Assembly (NCBI GenBank): GCA_965112735.1
Contig: OZ218964.1
Location: 1,984,001 to 2,048,000, forward strand
Length of the DNA: 64,000 bases
Reading direction: 5' to 3'
Origin: Phaeosaccion multiseriatum
Lineage: Eukaryota; Protista; Ochrophyta, other classes
In this document: piece by piece, positions 1 to 12,979 of the stretch
How positions within the stretch are numbered: position 1 is the stretch's first letter
Layout of the letters: each line of letters begins with the position of its first letter
Notes under the pieces: generated by a model
Databases searched by the model: none
The model's input: the letters and a program-made list of their open reading frames with translations, nothing else
Told to the model about the DNA's origin: nothing
Position numbers and translations under genes: made by a program

Positions 1-81
1 CAACGTGTTTTCCGCAACTCACCACGTCCTCAATGTGCTTGCAACTTCTCCATGCATATGCTCCTACCCACCACCGCGCAG

Positions 82-955
82 TTTGTGGCTCACGATCGAG
101 CCATACGTGGCCAAGCGGCTGCCCGGTTTCCTGGAGACGCTGAGAGACAACGCTACCTTGCTGGACGTTGCCATGACGGTGATAAGGAAAGCCCTCCTCC
201 GCTTCCAACAGCCAAGGCGAGTCAGCAGAAAGAAGGCGGCACGGGGGGCGGAGGGGGCGCGGCAAAGAGGCCAAGCAGTGGTGGCGGCAACGCACGAGGC
301 ATAGAGAAGTCTCGGCCATCATCGTCGGCCGGGGGGACAAAGAAGGTGGCATCCTCCGCACGCAAGAAGAGAGGGAGAGAGAAGAAGGATGATGACAGTC
401 GGGACAGTCGTGAAGGTGGGCAGAAGGGGCCGGGCACGGGGAGCGGCTCGGCAAACGGCGGAAATCGCCGATGAGTACGTGGTAGCACCACGCAAGAGAA
501 GGAAAACGCTTGGCCTGCGGCAGCGGTCTCAAAGGCGAAGGGGGGCGGAGGCGTGTCTTCAAAGAAGAGCGGGAAGGGTGCGAGTCAGGTCAGCGGTTGA
601 AGTGGCAGACAGCAGAGGCCGCTGCAGCAGAAGGAGGAGCAGAAGGAGGAGGGGGAGGAGGAAGGCTCAGTGACGGCGCAAGCTATGACCGGCAGCGAGT
701 ATCAACAAGCTTTCGGTGGCACGCACCTGACCGTCCTTCGTAGCGACGACGGACGAGCGGGTGAGAGTGAGTATGGCGCGCATGGGGATGAGCATGGGCA
801 GGAGGATGAAGACGAAGATGGCGCTCACGTGTCTGAGCAGTCAGACGACGAGCGCGACGATGACCATGACTATTCCTGCGGAGAGACAATGTCATCGTCC
901 CAGGAGCAAAGAGAGAAGGAAGAAAGGAGGAAGAAGAGGAGGAGGAAGAGTTGAG
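82..955 (+). pseudogene. Probable decayed host exon encoding a low-complexity G/S/K-rich then acidic region
   Basis: An acceptor-like 'ccaccgcgcag' ends at 81. A protein-like stretch (LWLTIEPYVAKRLPGFLETLRDNATLLDVAMTVIRKALLRFQQPR) shifts near 215 into the frame shared by ORFs 52..474 and 670..954. That frame is broken only by TGA codons (472, 598, 952), and a donor-like 'gag|gtgagt' follows at 956. No family recognised. Confidence 0.35.
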
Positions 956-2943
956 GTGAGTGGGTGGATGTTCAATAGCTACGTCGCACATCACGCGGCT
1001 TCAGCAACGAAGCCACGTACTTCGTCGCATGTATATACATACCTTACATTGCACATTCTTCTTCCTACAAGTATAGCATTACCATGCCGCAGGTCCAGCA
1101 TCACTAGCAGGACAAGGCACACGACCACCCGCCCTTTGTATGTTGCACAAAGAGGGTGGGTTGGGGCGATATGGGGGGAAGGCGGGGCAGCGGGGTTGGG
1201 GTGGGGTGGTGGGGTTAGCGACACACATGTCATGAACACGCGCGTACGCATGATGTTCGTATGTACATGCATGTCTTATGTATGTATATAGTGTATGACA
1301 CATGAGGGTGATGTGTGGAGGGGACGGACAAGTGCACGTGATGTATCAGAGAGAGGGTGCACTGGCGGCCGGCTGGGGTGCACATATGGGGGCGAAGCGG
1401 GGACACAGCAAGGACAGGGCAGTCAGAGTAGACTATATAGATCATCATGTAGAGAAGAGTGGGTGTAGAAAGAGAGAGAGAGAGACATGTATTGAAATAC
1501 TTGCTTATACCACCAAAACCTTCCTTTTGAGACCAACTTACGTGCAAAGACACTAGGAGGCTGTCATTGAGAGTACCAAGCTCTACGCACCAGAACACTC
1601 TCAGTTGAGACCCATCCATTCTATCACAGGATTCTCCGCTCCTCTTAATGAGACCCGGCCCAAGGAGCAGCCCCTTCTCAACGACGCTCTCAACAAGAGC
1701 CCCCCCAGAGGGCCTGGCCTCGATATGCCCTTGCTGCGCGCTACCTCAGCACAATAGGCCTAACCAACACACTATATCCCCACAACAAAGCCAAGTCGGG
1801 CATGGTGTAGTGGTCTCAAAATGCCCAATCTGGCACGTGGCTGGACCCAAAACCGGAATTTGCCAGGCATAAACAACCCAAACGAGGCAGTTGCTGGCCT
1901 TGATACGCTTGCGCCGGGCACTGGCTCTGCACAATAGGCCTAACCAACACACTACATCCCCACAACAAAGCCAAGTCGGGCATGGAATGGCCTCAAAACG
2001 CGCAATCTGGCACATGGCTGGACCTAAAACCGGCATTTGCCAGACACAAACACCCCAAACGAGGCAGTTGCTGGTCTTGATATGCCCGCGCCGGGCACTG
2101 GCTCAGCACAATAAGCCTACCCAACACACTACATCCCCACAACGAAGCCAAGTCGGGCATAGAATGGCTTCAAAATGCCCGATCTGGCACATGGCTGGAC
2201 CCAAAACCGGAATTTGCCAGGCACAAACAACCCAAACGAGGCAGTTGCTGGCCTTGATACGCTCGCGCCGGGCACTGGCTCTCCACAATAGGCGTAACCA
2301 ACACACTACATCCCCACAACAAAGCCAAGTCGGGCATGGAATAGCCTCAAAACGCCCAATCTGGCACATGGCTGGACCCAAAACCTGAATTTGCCAGGAA
2401 CACACACCCCAAACGAGGCAGTTGCTGGCCTTGATCTGCCCGCGCCGGGCACTGGCTCAGCACAATAGGCCTACCCAACACACTACATGCCCGTAACAAA
2501 ACCAAGTCGGGCATGGAGTGGCCTCAAAATGCCCAATCTGACCCTTGGCTGGACCCAAAACCAGCATTTGCGAAGTAAACACACCCCAAACGAGGCAGTT
2601 GCTGGTCTTGATATGCCCGCGCCGGGCACTGGCTCAGCACAATAGGCCTAACCAACACACTACATGCCCATAACAAAGCCAAGTCGGGCATGGAATGGCC
2701 TCAAAATGCCCAATCTGACCCTTGGCTGGACCCAAAACCGGAATTTGCCAGGCACAAACACCTCAAACGAGGCAGTTGCTGGTCTTGATCTGCCCGCGCT
2801 TGGCGCTACTACAGCACAGTGGGCCTACCCGACACACTACGACGCCACAACGAAGCCAAGTCGGGCATGGAGTGGCCTCAAAATGCCCAATCTGGCCCTT
2901 GCATGGCTGGACCTAAATTCAGCATTTATTAGGTAAAGACAAA

Positions 2944-3416
2944 TGGGTGGGAAAGAAAAGAAGAGTTCCGGCACGCAACACCGTGGAGACTGTCGGCACG
3001 CAACACCAGACACAGTCTCCCTAGCTCTTCCTCCCTCTTCCACGAGGATCCCGGCTCGCAACACCAGGCGGATCCCCTTGGCCAACACAAGCGCTCTGTC
3101 CGGGCCCAGGACAAGAGGCTCGCTTTCCACCACACCAGTATCTACTCTCCTCCTTGACAGTGTGCTCCACTCTTCCTGGGCTCTGTCTCCGCCGCCTCAG
3201 TAAGTGACAGCACACGCCAAGGTCTCTCCTCTTCTGAAAAATCTAAATTCCCTGCTTCACTGACATACTGTACATCTCCCCAGAGGGGACCCCTCCCTTG
3301 GGGCGGTACCAAGCACCTACGCTGACGCTTCGCCCTGCTGGCTCCCATGTCTCCCACCTCTTCCTCGTCTCTGTTCCGCGAGAAACAAAGTTCCGTTGCT
3401 GCGCTGCTGAACAGGC
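2944..3416 (-). mobile_element. Solo A2 split-direct repeat of the Ngaro-like family (non-autonomous type, UUGCG hairpin class)
   Basis: Matches the A repeat from 'gggaaagaaaagaagagttcc' to 'gctgctgaacaggc'. It is preceded by 'tgggtggg' from the A2-B2 spacer, which identifies it as A2. Confidence 0.9.
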
Positions 3417-6270
3417 TATTTGCCAGGCACAAACACCTCAAACGAGGCAGTTGCTGGTCTTGATCTGCCCGCGCTGGGCGCTACTACAGCACAGTGGGCC
3501 TACCCGACACACTACGACGCCACAACGAAGCCAAGTCGGGCATGGAGTGGCCTCAAAATGCCCAATCTGGCCCTTGCATGGCTGGACCTAAATTCAGCAT
3601 TTATTAGGTAAAGACAACCCAAACAAGGCAGTTGCTGGCTTCGATATGCCCGTGCGGGGTGCTAGCTTCACACTAATGGCCCAACCAACACACTGCATCC
3701 CCACAACGAAGCCGAGTCGGGCCTGGAGTGGCCTCAAAATGCCCCATGTGGCCCTTGGCTGGACACAAAATCGGTATTTGCAAGGCACAAACACCCCAAA
3801 CGAGGCAGTTGCTGAGCTCGATATGCCCGCGCTATGCACTACATCAGCGCAACAGGCCTAACCAACACACTACAGGGCCACAACGAAGCCGAGTCGGGCA
3901 TGGAGTGGCCTAAAAATGCCCAATCTGACCCTTGGCTGGACCCAAAACCAGCATTTGCGAAGTAAACACACCCCAAACGAGGCAGTTGCTGGTTATGATA
4001 TGCCCGCGCCGGGCACTGGCTCAGCACAATAGGCCTAACCAACACACTACATGCCCATAACAAAGCCAAGCCGGGCATGGAGTGACCTCAAAATGCCCAA
4101 TCTGACCCTTGGCTGGACCCAAAACCGGAATTTGCCAGACACGAACACCTCAAACGAGGCAGTTGCTGGTCTTGATCTGCCCGCGCTGTGCGCTACTACA
4201 GCACAGTGGGCCTACCCGACACACTACGACGCCACAACGAAGCCAAGTCGGGCATGGAGTGGCCTCAAAATGCCCAATCTGGCACATGGCTGGACCCAAA
4301 ACCGGAATTTGCGAGGAACACACACCCCAAACGAGGCAGTTGCTGGTCTTGATCTGCCCGCGCTGTGCGCTATTACAGCACAGTGTGCCTACCCAACACA
4401 CTACGACGCCACAACGAAGCCAAGTCGGGCATGGAGTGGCCTCAAAATGCCCAATCTGGCCCTTGCATGGCTGGACCTAAATTCAGCATTTATTAGGTAA
4501 AGACAACCCAAACAAGGCAGTTGCTGGCCTCGATATGCCCGCGCGGGGTGCTAGCTTCACTCTAATGGCCCAACCAACACACTGCATCCCCACAACGAAG
4601 CCGAGTCAGGCCTGGAGTGGCCTCAAAATGCCCAATGTGGCCCTTGGCTGGACACAAAATCGGTATTTGCAAGGCACAAACACCCCAAACGAGGCAGTTG
4701 CTGAGCTCGATATGCCCGCGCTATGCACTAGATCAGCGCAACAGGCCTAACCAACACACTACATCCCCACAACGAAGCCGAGTCGGGCATGGAGTGGCCT
4801 CAAAATGCCCAATCTGACCCTTGGCTGGACCCAAAACCAGCATTTGCGAAGTAAACACACCCCAAACGAGGCAGTTGCTGGTTATGATATGCCCGTGCCG
4901 GGCACTGGCTCAGCACAATAGGCCTAACCAACACACTACATGCCCATAACAAAGCCAAGTCGGGCATGGAGTGACCTCAAAATGTCCAATCTGACCCTTG
5001 GCTGGACCCAAAACCGGAATTTGCCAGACACAAACACCTCAAACGAGGCAGTTGCTGGTCTTGATATGCCCGCGCCGAGCACTGGCTCAGCACAATAGGC
5101 CTAACCAACACACTACATGCCCATAACGAAGCCAAGTCGGGCATAGAATGGCCTCAAAATGCCCAATCTGGCACATGGCTGGACCCAAAACCGGAATTTG
5201 CCAGGCACAAACAACCCAAACGAGGCAGTTGCTGGTCTTGATATGCCCGCGCCGGGCACTGGCTCTGCACAATAGGCCTAACCAACACACTACATGCCCA
5301 CAACGAAGCCAAGTCGGGCATAGAATGGCCTCAAAACGCGCAATCTGGCACATGGCTGGACCCAAAACCGGCATTTGCCAGGCACAAACAACCGAAACGA
5401 GGCAGTTGCTGGTCTTCATATGCCCGCGCCGGGCACTGGCTCTGCACAATAGGCCTAACCAACACACTACATGCCCACAACGAAGCCAAGTCGGGCATAG
5501 AATGGCCTCAAAACGCGCAATCTGGCACATGGCTGGACCCAAAACCGGAATTTGCCAGGCACAAACACCCCAAACGAGGCAGTTGCTGAGCTCGATATGC
5601 CCGCGCTATGCACTACATCAGCGCAACAGGCCTAACCAACACACTACAGGGCCACAACGAAGCCGAGTCGGGCATGGAGTGGCCTCAAAATGCCCAATCT
5701 GACCCTTGGCTGGACCCAAAACCAGCATTTGCGAAGTAAACACACCCCAAACGAGGCAGTTGCTGGCCTTGATATGCCCGCGCCGGGCACTGGCTCTGCA
5801 CAATAGGCCTAACCAACACACTACATGCCCATAACAAAGCCAAGCCGGGCATGGAGTGACCTCAAAATGCCCAATCTGACCCTTGGCTGGACCCAAAACC
5901 GGAATTTGCCAGACACGAACACCTAAAACGAGGCAGTTGCTGGTCTTGATCTGCCCGCGCTGTGCGCTACTACAGCACAGTGGGCCTACCCGACACACTA
6001 CGACGCCACAACGAAGCCAAGTCGGGCATGGAGTGGCCTCAAAATGCCCAATCTGGCACATGGCTGGACCCAAAACCGGAATTTGCGAGGAACACACACC
6101 CCAAACGAGGCAGTTGCTGGTCTTGGTCTGCCCGCGCTGTGCGCTATTACAGCACAGTGGGCCTACCCAACACACTACGACGCCACAACGAAGCCAAGTC
6201 GGGCCTGGAGTGGCCTCAAAATGCCCAATCTGGCCCTTGCATGGCTGGACCTAAATTCAGCATTTATTTT

Positions 6271-9200
6271 CGCGCCGTCGCGGCGCTCGGGCGAAGGTGG
6301 GAAGCCAGTGAGAGGCCTCCTCCCTTCAGTCGTAGGCGAGGGCCCGGGAGATGTCCGACTCCCGCTCCAAGGCGTCGCAGTATGCAAGCTGAGGACTATC
6401 CACATCCACGCCGTAGCCGGCTGTTCGAGGCCAAGAGGAATAGGGCTGGACTCCCAAGTGGCCACCTGCTCCGCAGGTGGAGAGGTCGTGGACCAGGGGT
6501 AGCTAACGTTGGGGGAAGGACTCATCATTAGTAGGGGGGGGCAGTCCCGTGAGGGACTCCCACCTTGGGAGCGCAGAGCGCCTCCAAGGGGGCCGCCTCC
6601 ATGGAGGGAGGCGGGCACCGGGTTTCGGATGTAGTGGAGCTTGGGGTGCCACCGCAGTGAGCACCCCAAGTCCCGCTTCACCCCCATAATGTATGAGTAT
6701 CTAAAACTAAAACTAAGACTGAGGGTGGGTGGGTGGGAAAGAAAAGAAGAGTTCCGGCACTCAACACCGTGGACACTGTCGGCACTCAACACCAGACACA
6801 GTCTCCCTATCTCTCCTTCCCTCGCCCACGAGGACCCCGGTACTCAACACCAGGCGGGTCCCCTTGGCCGACACAAGCGCTCTGTCCGGGCCCAGGACAA
6901 GAGGCTCGCTTTCCACCACACCAGTATCTACTCTCCTCCTTGACAGTGTGCTCCACTCTTCCTGGGCTCTGTCTCCGGCGCCTCAGTAAGTGACAGCACA
7001 CGCCAAGGTCTCTCCTCTTCTGAAAAATCTAAATTCCCTGCTTCACTGACATACTGTACATCTCCCCAGAGGGGACCCCCCCCCTTGGGGCGGTACCAAG
7101 CACCTACGCTGACGCTTCGCCCTGCTGGCTCCCATGTCTCCCACCTCTTCCTCGTCTCTGTTCCGCGAGAAACAAAGTTCCGTTGCTGCGCTGCTGAACA
7201 GGCTTTCGCGCCGTCGCGGCGCTCGGGCGAAGGTGGGAAGCCAGTGAGAGGCCTCCTCCCTTCAGTCGTAGGCGAGGGCCCGGGAGATGTCCGACTCCCG
7301 CTCCAAGGCGTCGCAGTATGCAAGCTGAGGACTATCCACATCCACGCCGTAGCCGGCTGTTCGAGGCCAAGAGGAATAGGGCTGGACTCCCAAGTGGCCA
7401 CCTGCTCCGCAGGTGGAGAGGTCGTGGACCAGGGGTAGCTAACGTTGGGGGAAGGACTCATCATTAGTAGGGGGGGGCAGTCCCGTGAGGGACTCCCACC
7501 TTGGGAGCGCAGAGCGCCTCCAAGGGGGCCGCCTCCATGGAGGGAGGCGGGCACCGGGTTTCGGATGTAGTGGAGCTTGGGGTGCCACCGCAGTGAGCAC
7601 CCCAAGTCCCGCTTCACCCCCACCCATCCGAGTACCCACCGGTGCGCTGCGAGGGTGCAGCAGCACCTGCCCCAGCCTAGTCGGGAGCCCACTCTCCCGA
7701 TCGTAGTCGGCCGGTACACAAAACACAAAGATACACAAACATTCATACGCACACAGACAAAATAATACACATACAGGGGCAACAGTAGACACAGACGCAC
7801 ACCAGTACACACACACATACAAACACCCGCCGCGTGTACCGGTGTAGGGCTGCTGGTGCTGTTGCCAAGGGCTGCGCTCCCCGCTGCTGGGGGAGGAATG
7901 ATGGCGAGGGAGGAGCCGCTGGTGTCGCCACGGGCAGATTCAGTGTCCTTTGAAGAGGTCCCTTCGCACGCCCCCTGCTGACCATCACACACCCCCCACT
8001 CGCTTGGGATGGTGTGCTGGGGGGGGCGAGCCACTGAGCGAAATACACTGCGCAGTCCTCTGGCACGGCGGGTGGAAGCAGCAAAGCGCGCCCAAACCAG
8101 CAAATTCGGATTCTTTTCGGAATCACAGATCCAAAAGTGTCCATATATCCAACCCCTGTAGAAAAGCCGAAAATGCCCTCACAGAAGCGCTCATGTTTTC
8201 CGCTCCAAGCTCTTCGAACATCAACTCGTAGAAGTTACCCTTCTGCACACGCCGTACCAAGACCACTCTGCGGCGATTCCAACCGTCCGCCGTGGACTTC
8301 CGCTGTACCAGCTGAGCAATACAGCGAATGCCAAACACCTCGGTGCTGCGGGCCCGAAAAATGAACAAGTCCGATATCTCAAGCGCGGCGGCACCAATCC
8401 CTCGACCACCGAGCACGATAGCAAGAGGGTAGTCCATCCATACTACCGGAAGTAAGTCGTGCAAGCAGAGCGAGCCACAAGCCCTGTTCTCTCCCATCCT
8501 CCATGTTCACACCGCTCACGAGCCCCAACGCCGAAAAAACCATCACCTTCTCTTCTGCATCACAGGCAGGCCCCGACTTCCACTCCATAGCTGTTGTGAA
8601 CGACCAAACATCATGCTTCCGCCGTCCATTACAGATAAGTAGCCAGATTGCTCAATGCCCCAATTTCCTTCAGCACCGGACGACGTACATCGCCGTACAC
8701 TCCGTAGACGGTCACCAAACGCTGCCGTACCTCCCGAAATGTGAGTACCGTACACTCCCAATGCCGCCTTCCAATTCTCAATTCTCCCTCGTATGCTGTG
8801 CCTCTCTTGTCGCCCATCGGTTCGCTGTTATGGCCACAGGTCCCATATCCGCTCCACACGCAAACTCGAGGCGCCAACCACGATCAAAGGGCTCTCCGGT
8901 TCCTTCCAACAGCCCGAATAGCTGCCTTCGCATCCATGCTGCCACCTTTGACGCTCGTACTATTTGCTTTGCTGTTGCTGTTTGTCCTGAGAGCTGAGCC
9001 TCCATCGGACCCCCCCCCTCCCCCTCCCATGCGTTCGAGATGGTGAGGGAGGTACAGCTGTAGTCCGTCTCCTTCCCTTCGCCGCTCCTCGGCCCGATAT
9101 GTCTCTCGGGTGTAGCTGCCGGAGGTGAGCCGTGCGAGCTCCCGTATCGAAGGTCAGCTACGCCCCCACCCATCCAGAGAGACTGCAGGCAAGCTCAGTG

Positions 9201-10299
9201 GCGACCACGTACGCCTCCTTCTGGCCATACTGCTGTTGTAGGTGGGAGACACTCCAACAACAAGGGAGGTACACGTAAACACGCAGACGTACACAAACAT
9301 TCACAGGCACACAGATATAGACAAAGGCACAATACAGGGACACCAGCACCCACAAACGCACACTAGCACACACAGACGCAGACCAGCACACACAGATACA
9401 AACACACATCGTGTGTAGGGGCAGTGACCACGGCTGCTGTTGCCTAGGACTGCCCCGCCCGCCGTTGAGGGCCGGAATGGCGAGGGATGAGCCGCTGTTG
9501 TCACCGCGCGCAGAGCCAGCCTCCTTTGCGGAGGAGGCGCATATTCGCACGCCAAACACAGGAAATACGCACCCTACACACAGAAACACCGTCTGGACAT
9601 ACACACACAAACATACAGACAAACACCTGGAAGAGCTAAGGGGCCTGCCGTCACCCGGGAGCCCCTTTCGTCTCGTAAAAAGACAAAAAATGCCGTGGAC
9701 CACACCCCCCAAACCTTGGGCCACGGGAGAGAGGAGAGGGCGGAGAGATGAGTAGGGCGTCGGCCTCAACACCGGACGCGGATCCTACGGCGATACCAGC
9801 AAGGAAGAAAGGGCGAAGAGGGCAAAAGGCGCCGGCACTCAACACCGGGGAGGCGGTCGGCACTCAACACCAGACACCGCTCCTAAGCCGTAGAGCCCCA
9901 CAACACCGGCAAAGGGAAAGAAAAGAAGAGTTCCGGCACTCAACACCGTGGACACTGTCGGCACTCAACACCAGACACAGTCTCCCTATCTCTCCTTCCC
10001 TCGCCCACGAGGACCCCGGTACTCAACACCAGGCGGGTCCCCTTGGCCGACACAAGCGCTCTGTCCGGGCCCAGGACAAGAGGCTCGCTTTCCACCACAC
10101 CAGTATCTACTCTCCTCCTTGACAGTGTGCTCCACTCTTCCTGGGCTCTGTCTCCGGCGCCTCAGTAAGTGACAGCACACGCCAAGGTCTCTCCTCTTCT
10201 GAAAAATCTAAATTCCCTGCTTCACTGACATACTGTACATCTCCCCAGAGGGGACCCCCCCCCTTGGGGCGGTACCAAGCACCTACGCTGACGCTTCGC
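6271..10299 (-). mobile_element. Non-autonomous Ngaro-like element NA-1 (A1-internal-B1-A2-spacer-B2), with A1 5'-truncated
   Basis: B2 6271-6685, A2 6735-7203, ttt junction, B1 7207-7621, internal region ~2.3 kb, A1 9914-10299. About 100 bp of the outer A1 and ~125 bp of adjacent satellite are missing. Confidence 0.92.
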
Positions 10300-12458
10300 T
10301 GCTGCGTGGAGTGGCCTCAAAATGCCCAATGTGGCCCTCGGCTGGACACAAAATCGGTATTTGCAAGGCACAAACACCCCAAACGAGGCAGTTGCTGAGC
10401 TCGATATGCCCGCGCTATGCACTACATCAGCGCAACAGGCCTAACCAACACACTACATCCCCACAACGAAGCCGAGTCGGGCATGGAGTGGCCTCAAAAT
10501 GCCCAATCTGACCCTTGGCTGGACCCAAAACCAGCATTTTGCGAAGTAAACACACCCCAAACGAGGCAGTTGCTGGTTATGATATGCCCGCGCCGGGCAC
10601 TGGCTCAGCACAATAGGCCTAACCAACACACTACATGCCCATAACAAAGCCAAGCCGGGCATGGAGTGACCTCAAAATGCCCAATCTGACCCTTGGCTGG
10701 ACCCAAAACCGGAATTTGCCAGACACGAACACCTCAAACGAGGCAGTTGCTGGTCTTGATCTGCCGGCGCTGTAGGCTACTACAGCACAGTGGGCCTACC
10801 CGACACACTACGACGCCACAACGAAGCCAAGTCGGGCATGGAATGGCCTCAAAATGCCCAATTGGCACATGGCTGGACCCAAAACCGGAATTTGCGAGGA
10901 ACACACACCCCAAACGAGGCAGTTGCTGGTCCTGATCTGCCCGCGCTGTGCGCTATTACAGCACAGTGGGCCTACCCAACACACTACGACGCCACAACGA
11001 AGCCAAGTCGGGCATGGAGTGGCCTCAAAATGCCCAATCTGGCCCTTGCATGGCTGGACCTAAATTCAGCATTTATTAGGTAAAGACAACCCAAACAAGG
11101 CAGTTGCTGGCTTCGATATGCCCGCGCGGGGTGCTAGCTTCACTCTAATGGCCCAACCAACACACTGCATCCCCACAACGAAGCCGAGTCAGGCCTGGAG
11201 TGGCCTCAAAATGCCCAATGTGGCCCTTGGCTGGACACAAAATCGGTATTTGCAAGGCACAAACACCCCAAACGAGGCAGTTGCTGAGCTCGATATGCCC
11301 GCGCTATGCACTAGATCAGCGCAACAGGCCTAACCAACACACTACATCCCCACAACGAAGCCGAGTCGGGCATGGAGTGGCCTCAAAATGCCCAATCTGA
11401 CCCTTGGCTGGACCCAAAACCAGCATTTGCGAAGTAAACACACCCCAAACGAGGCAGTTGCTGGTTATGATATGCCCGTGCCGGGCACTGGCTCAGCACA
11501 ATAGGCCTAACCAACACACTACATGCCCATAACAAAGCCAAGTCGGGCATGGAGTGACCTCAAAATGTCCAATCTGACCCTTGGCTGGACCCAAAACCGG
11601 AATTTGCCAGACACAAACACCTCAAACGAGGCAGTTGCTGGTCTTGATATGCCCGCGCCGAGCACTGGCTCTGCACAATAGGCCTAACCAACACACTACA
11701 TGCCCATAACGAAGCCAAGTCGGGCATAGAATGGCCTCAAAATGCCCATTCTGGCACATGGCTGGACCAAAAACCGGAATTTGCGAGGCACAAACAACCC
11801 AAACGAGGCAGTTGCTGGTCTTGATATGCCCGCGCCGGGCACTGGCTCTGCACAATAGGCCTAACCAACACACTACATGCCCACAACGAAGCCAAGTCGG
11901 GCAAAGAATGGCCTCAAAACGCGCAATCTGGCACATGGCTGGACCCAAAACCGGCATTTGCCAGGCACAAACAACCGAAACGAGGCAGTTGCTGGTCTTG
12001 ATATGCCCGCGCCGGGCACTGGCTCTGCACAATAGGCCTAACCAACACACTACATGCCCATAACAAAGCCAAGCCGGGCATGGAGTGACCTCAAAATGCC
12101 CAATCTGACCCTTGGCTGGACCCAAAACCAGCATTTGCGAAGTAAACACACCCCAAACGAGGCAGTTGCTGGCCTTGATATGCCCGCGCCGGGCACTGGC
12201 TCTGCACAATAGGCCTAACCAACACACTACATGCCCACAACGAAGCCAAGTCGGGCATAGAATGGCCTCAAAACGCGCAATCTGACCCTTGGCTGGACCC
12301 AAAACCGGAATTTGCCAGACACAAACACCTCAAACGAGGCAGTTGCTGGTCTTGATCTGCCCGCGCCGGGCACTGGCTCAGCACAACAGGCCTAACCAAC
12401 ACACTACATGCCCACAACGAAGCCAAGTCGGGCATAGAATGGCCTCAAAATGCCCAAT

Positions 12459-12979
12459 AAAAGAAAAAACCTTTGGCTAGACGAGAGCACAATCTTGCTA
12501 GCGGGTCAGGCCAAGGTTCTCAAACTTCTACTAGATGCGTGTGCGTAGCGCAAGCCCTTGCGACAGTTAGCATTGGGGGCACCTCTTGTGTTTGCGACAG
12601 TTAGCATGACACAGGTAAGCACACAGCATCCTCACCCTCACAAGGGAAGCAGTCGGGCCCTACTGCAATCCTTGCTTTCCTACACCACAGTCTCTACTCT
12701 CCTCCCTGCTTGCACACACCCCCGCGTACCTGCTCTCGATCTCCTTCAATCACGGTAGGGTGGTGAGTACAGCAGGGCTCCTCCTCTTCTGAGCTCCTCG
12801 AGCAGCAGAAAACACTGCTTCCATCTGCTACCATATATATTTCTATCCTAAAAACCCCCCTCGGGGTCCACACACGCACCCACCCTCCACACCCTACCCC
12901 TCGGCTCTCAAGACCCTGTTTATCCGTCGACTCCACTCTGCGAGAACAGAACTTCCGTGGCTCCGCTGCTGAAGCAGCG
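12459..12979 (-). mobile_element. 521-bp A-repeat-like relic of a related YR-retrotransposon family, copy 1
   Basis: Its end 'gcgagaacagaacttccgtggctccgctgctgaagcagc' resembles the A terminus 'gcgagaaacaaagttccgttgctgcgctgctgaacaggc'. It shares the internal blocks 'tctactctcctcc' and 'ggctcctcctcttct'. It is inserted into satellite 'cccaat^ctgg'. Confidence 0.75.

Noticed and set aside
1488-1710. Possible LTR fragment starting 'tgtattgaaatac' just before the array
   Set aside because: No second copy, primer-binding site or coding remnant in the window supports it.
6695-6722. Telomeric repeat seed (ctaaaactaaaactaagact)
   Set aside because: Only two to three degenerate units without the G/C run, and it is part of the element spacer.
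6928-8103. 330-391 aa ORFs spanning the B/A repeats of non-autonomous elements
   Set aside because: They have non-ATG starts, run through terminal repeats and GT-rich tracts, differ in frame and end between copies, and show no domain motifs.
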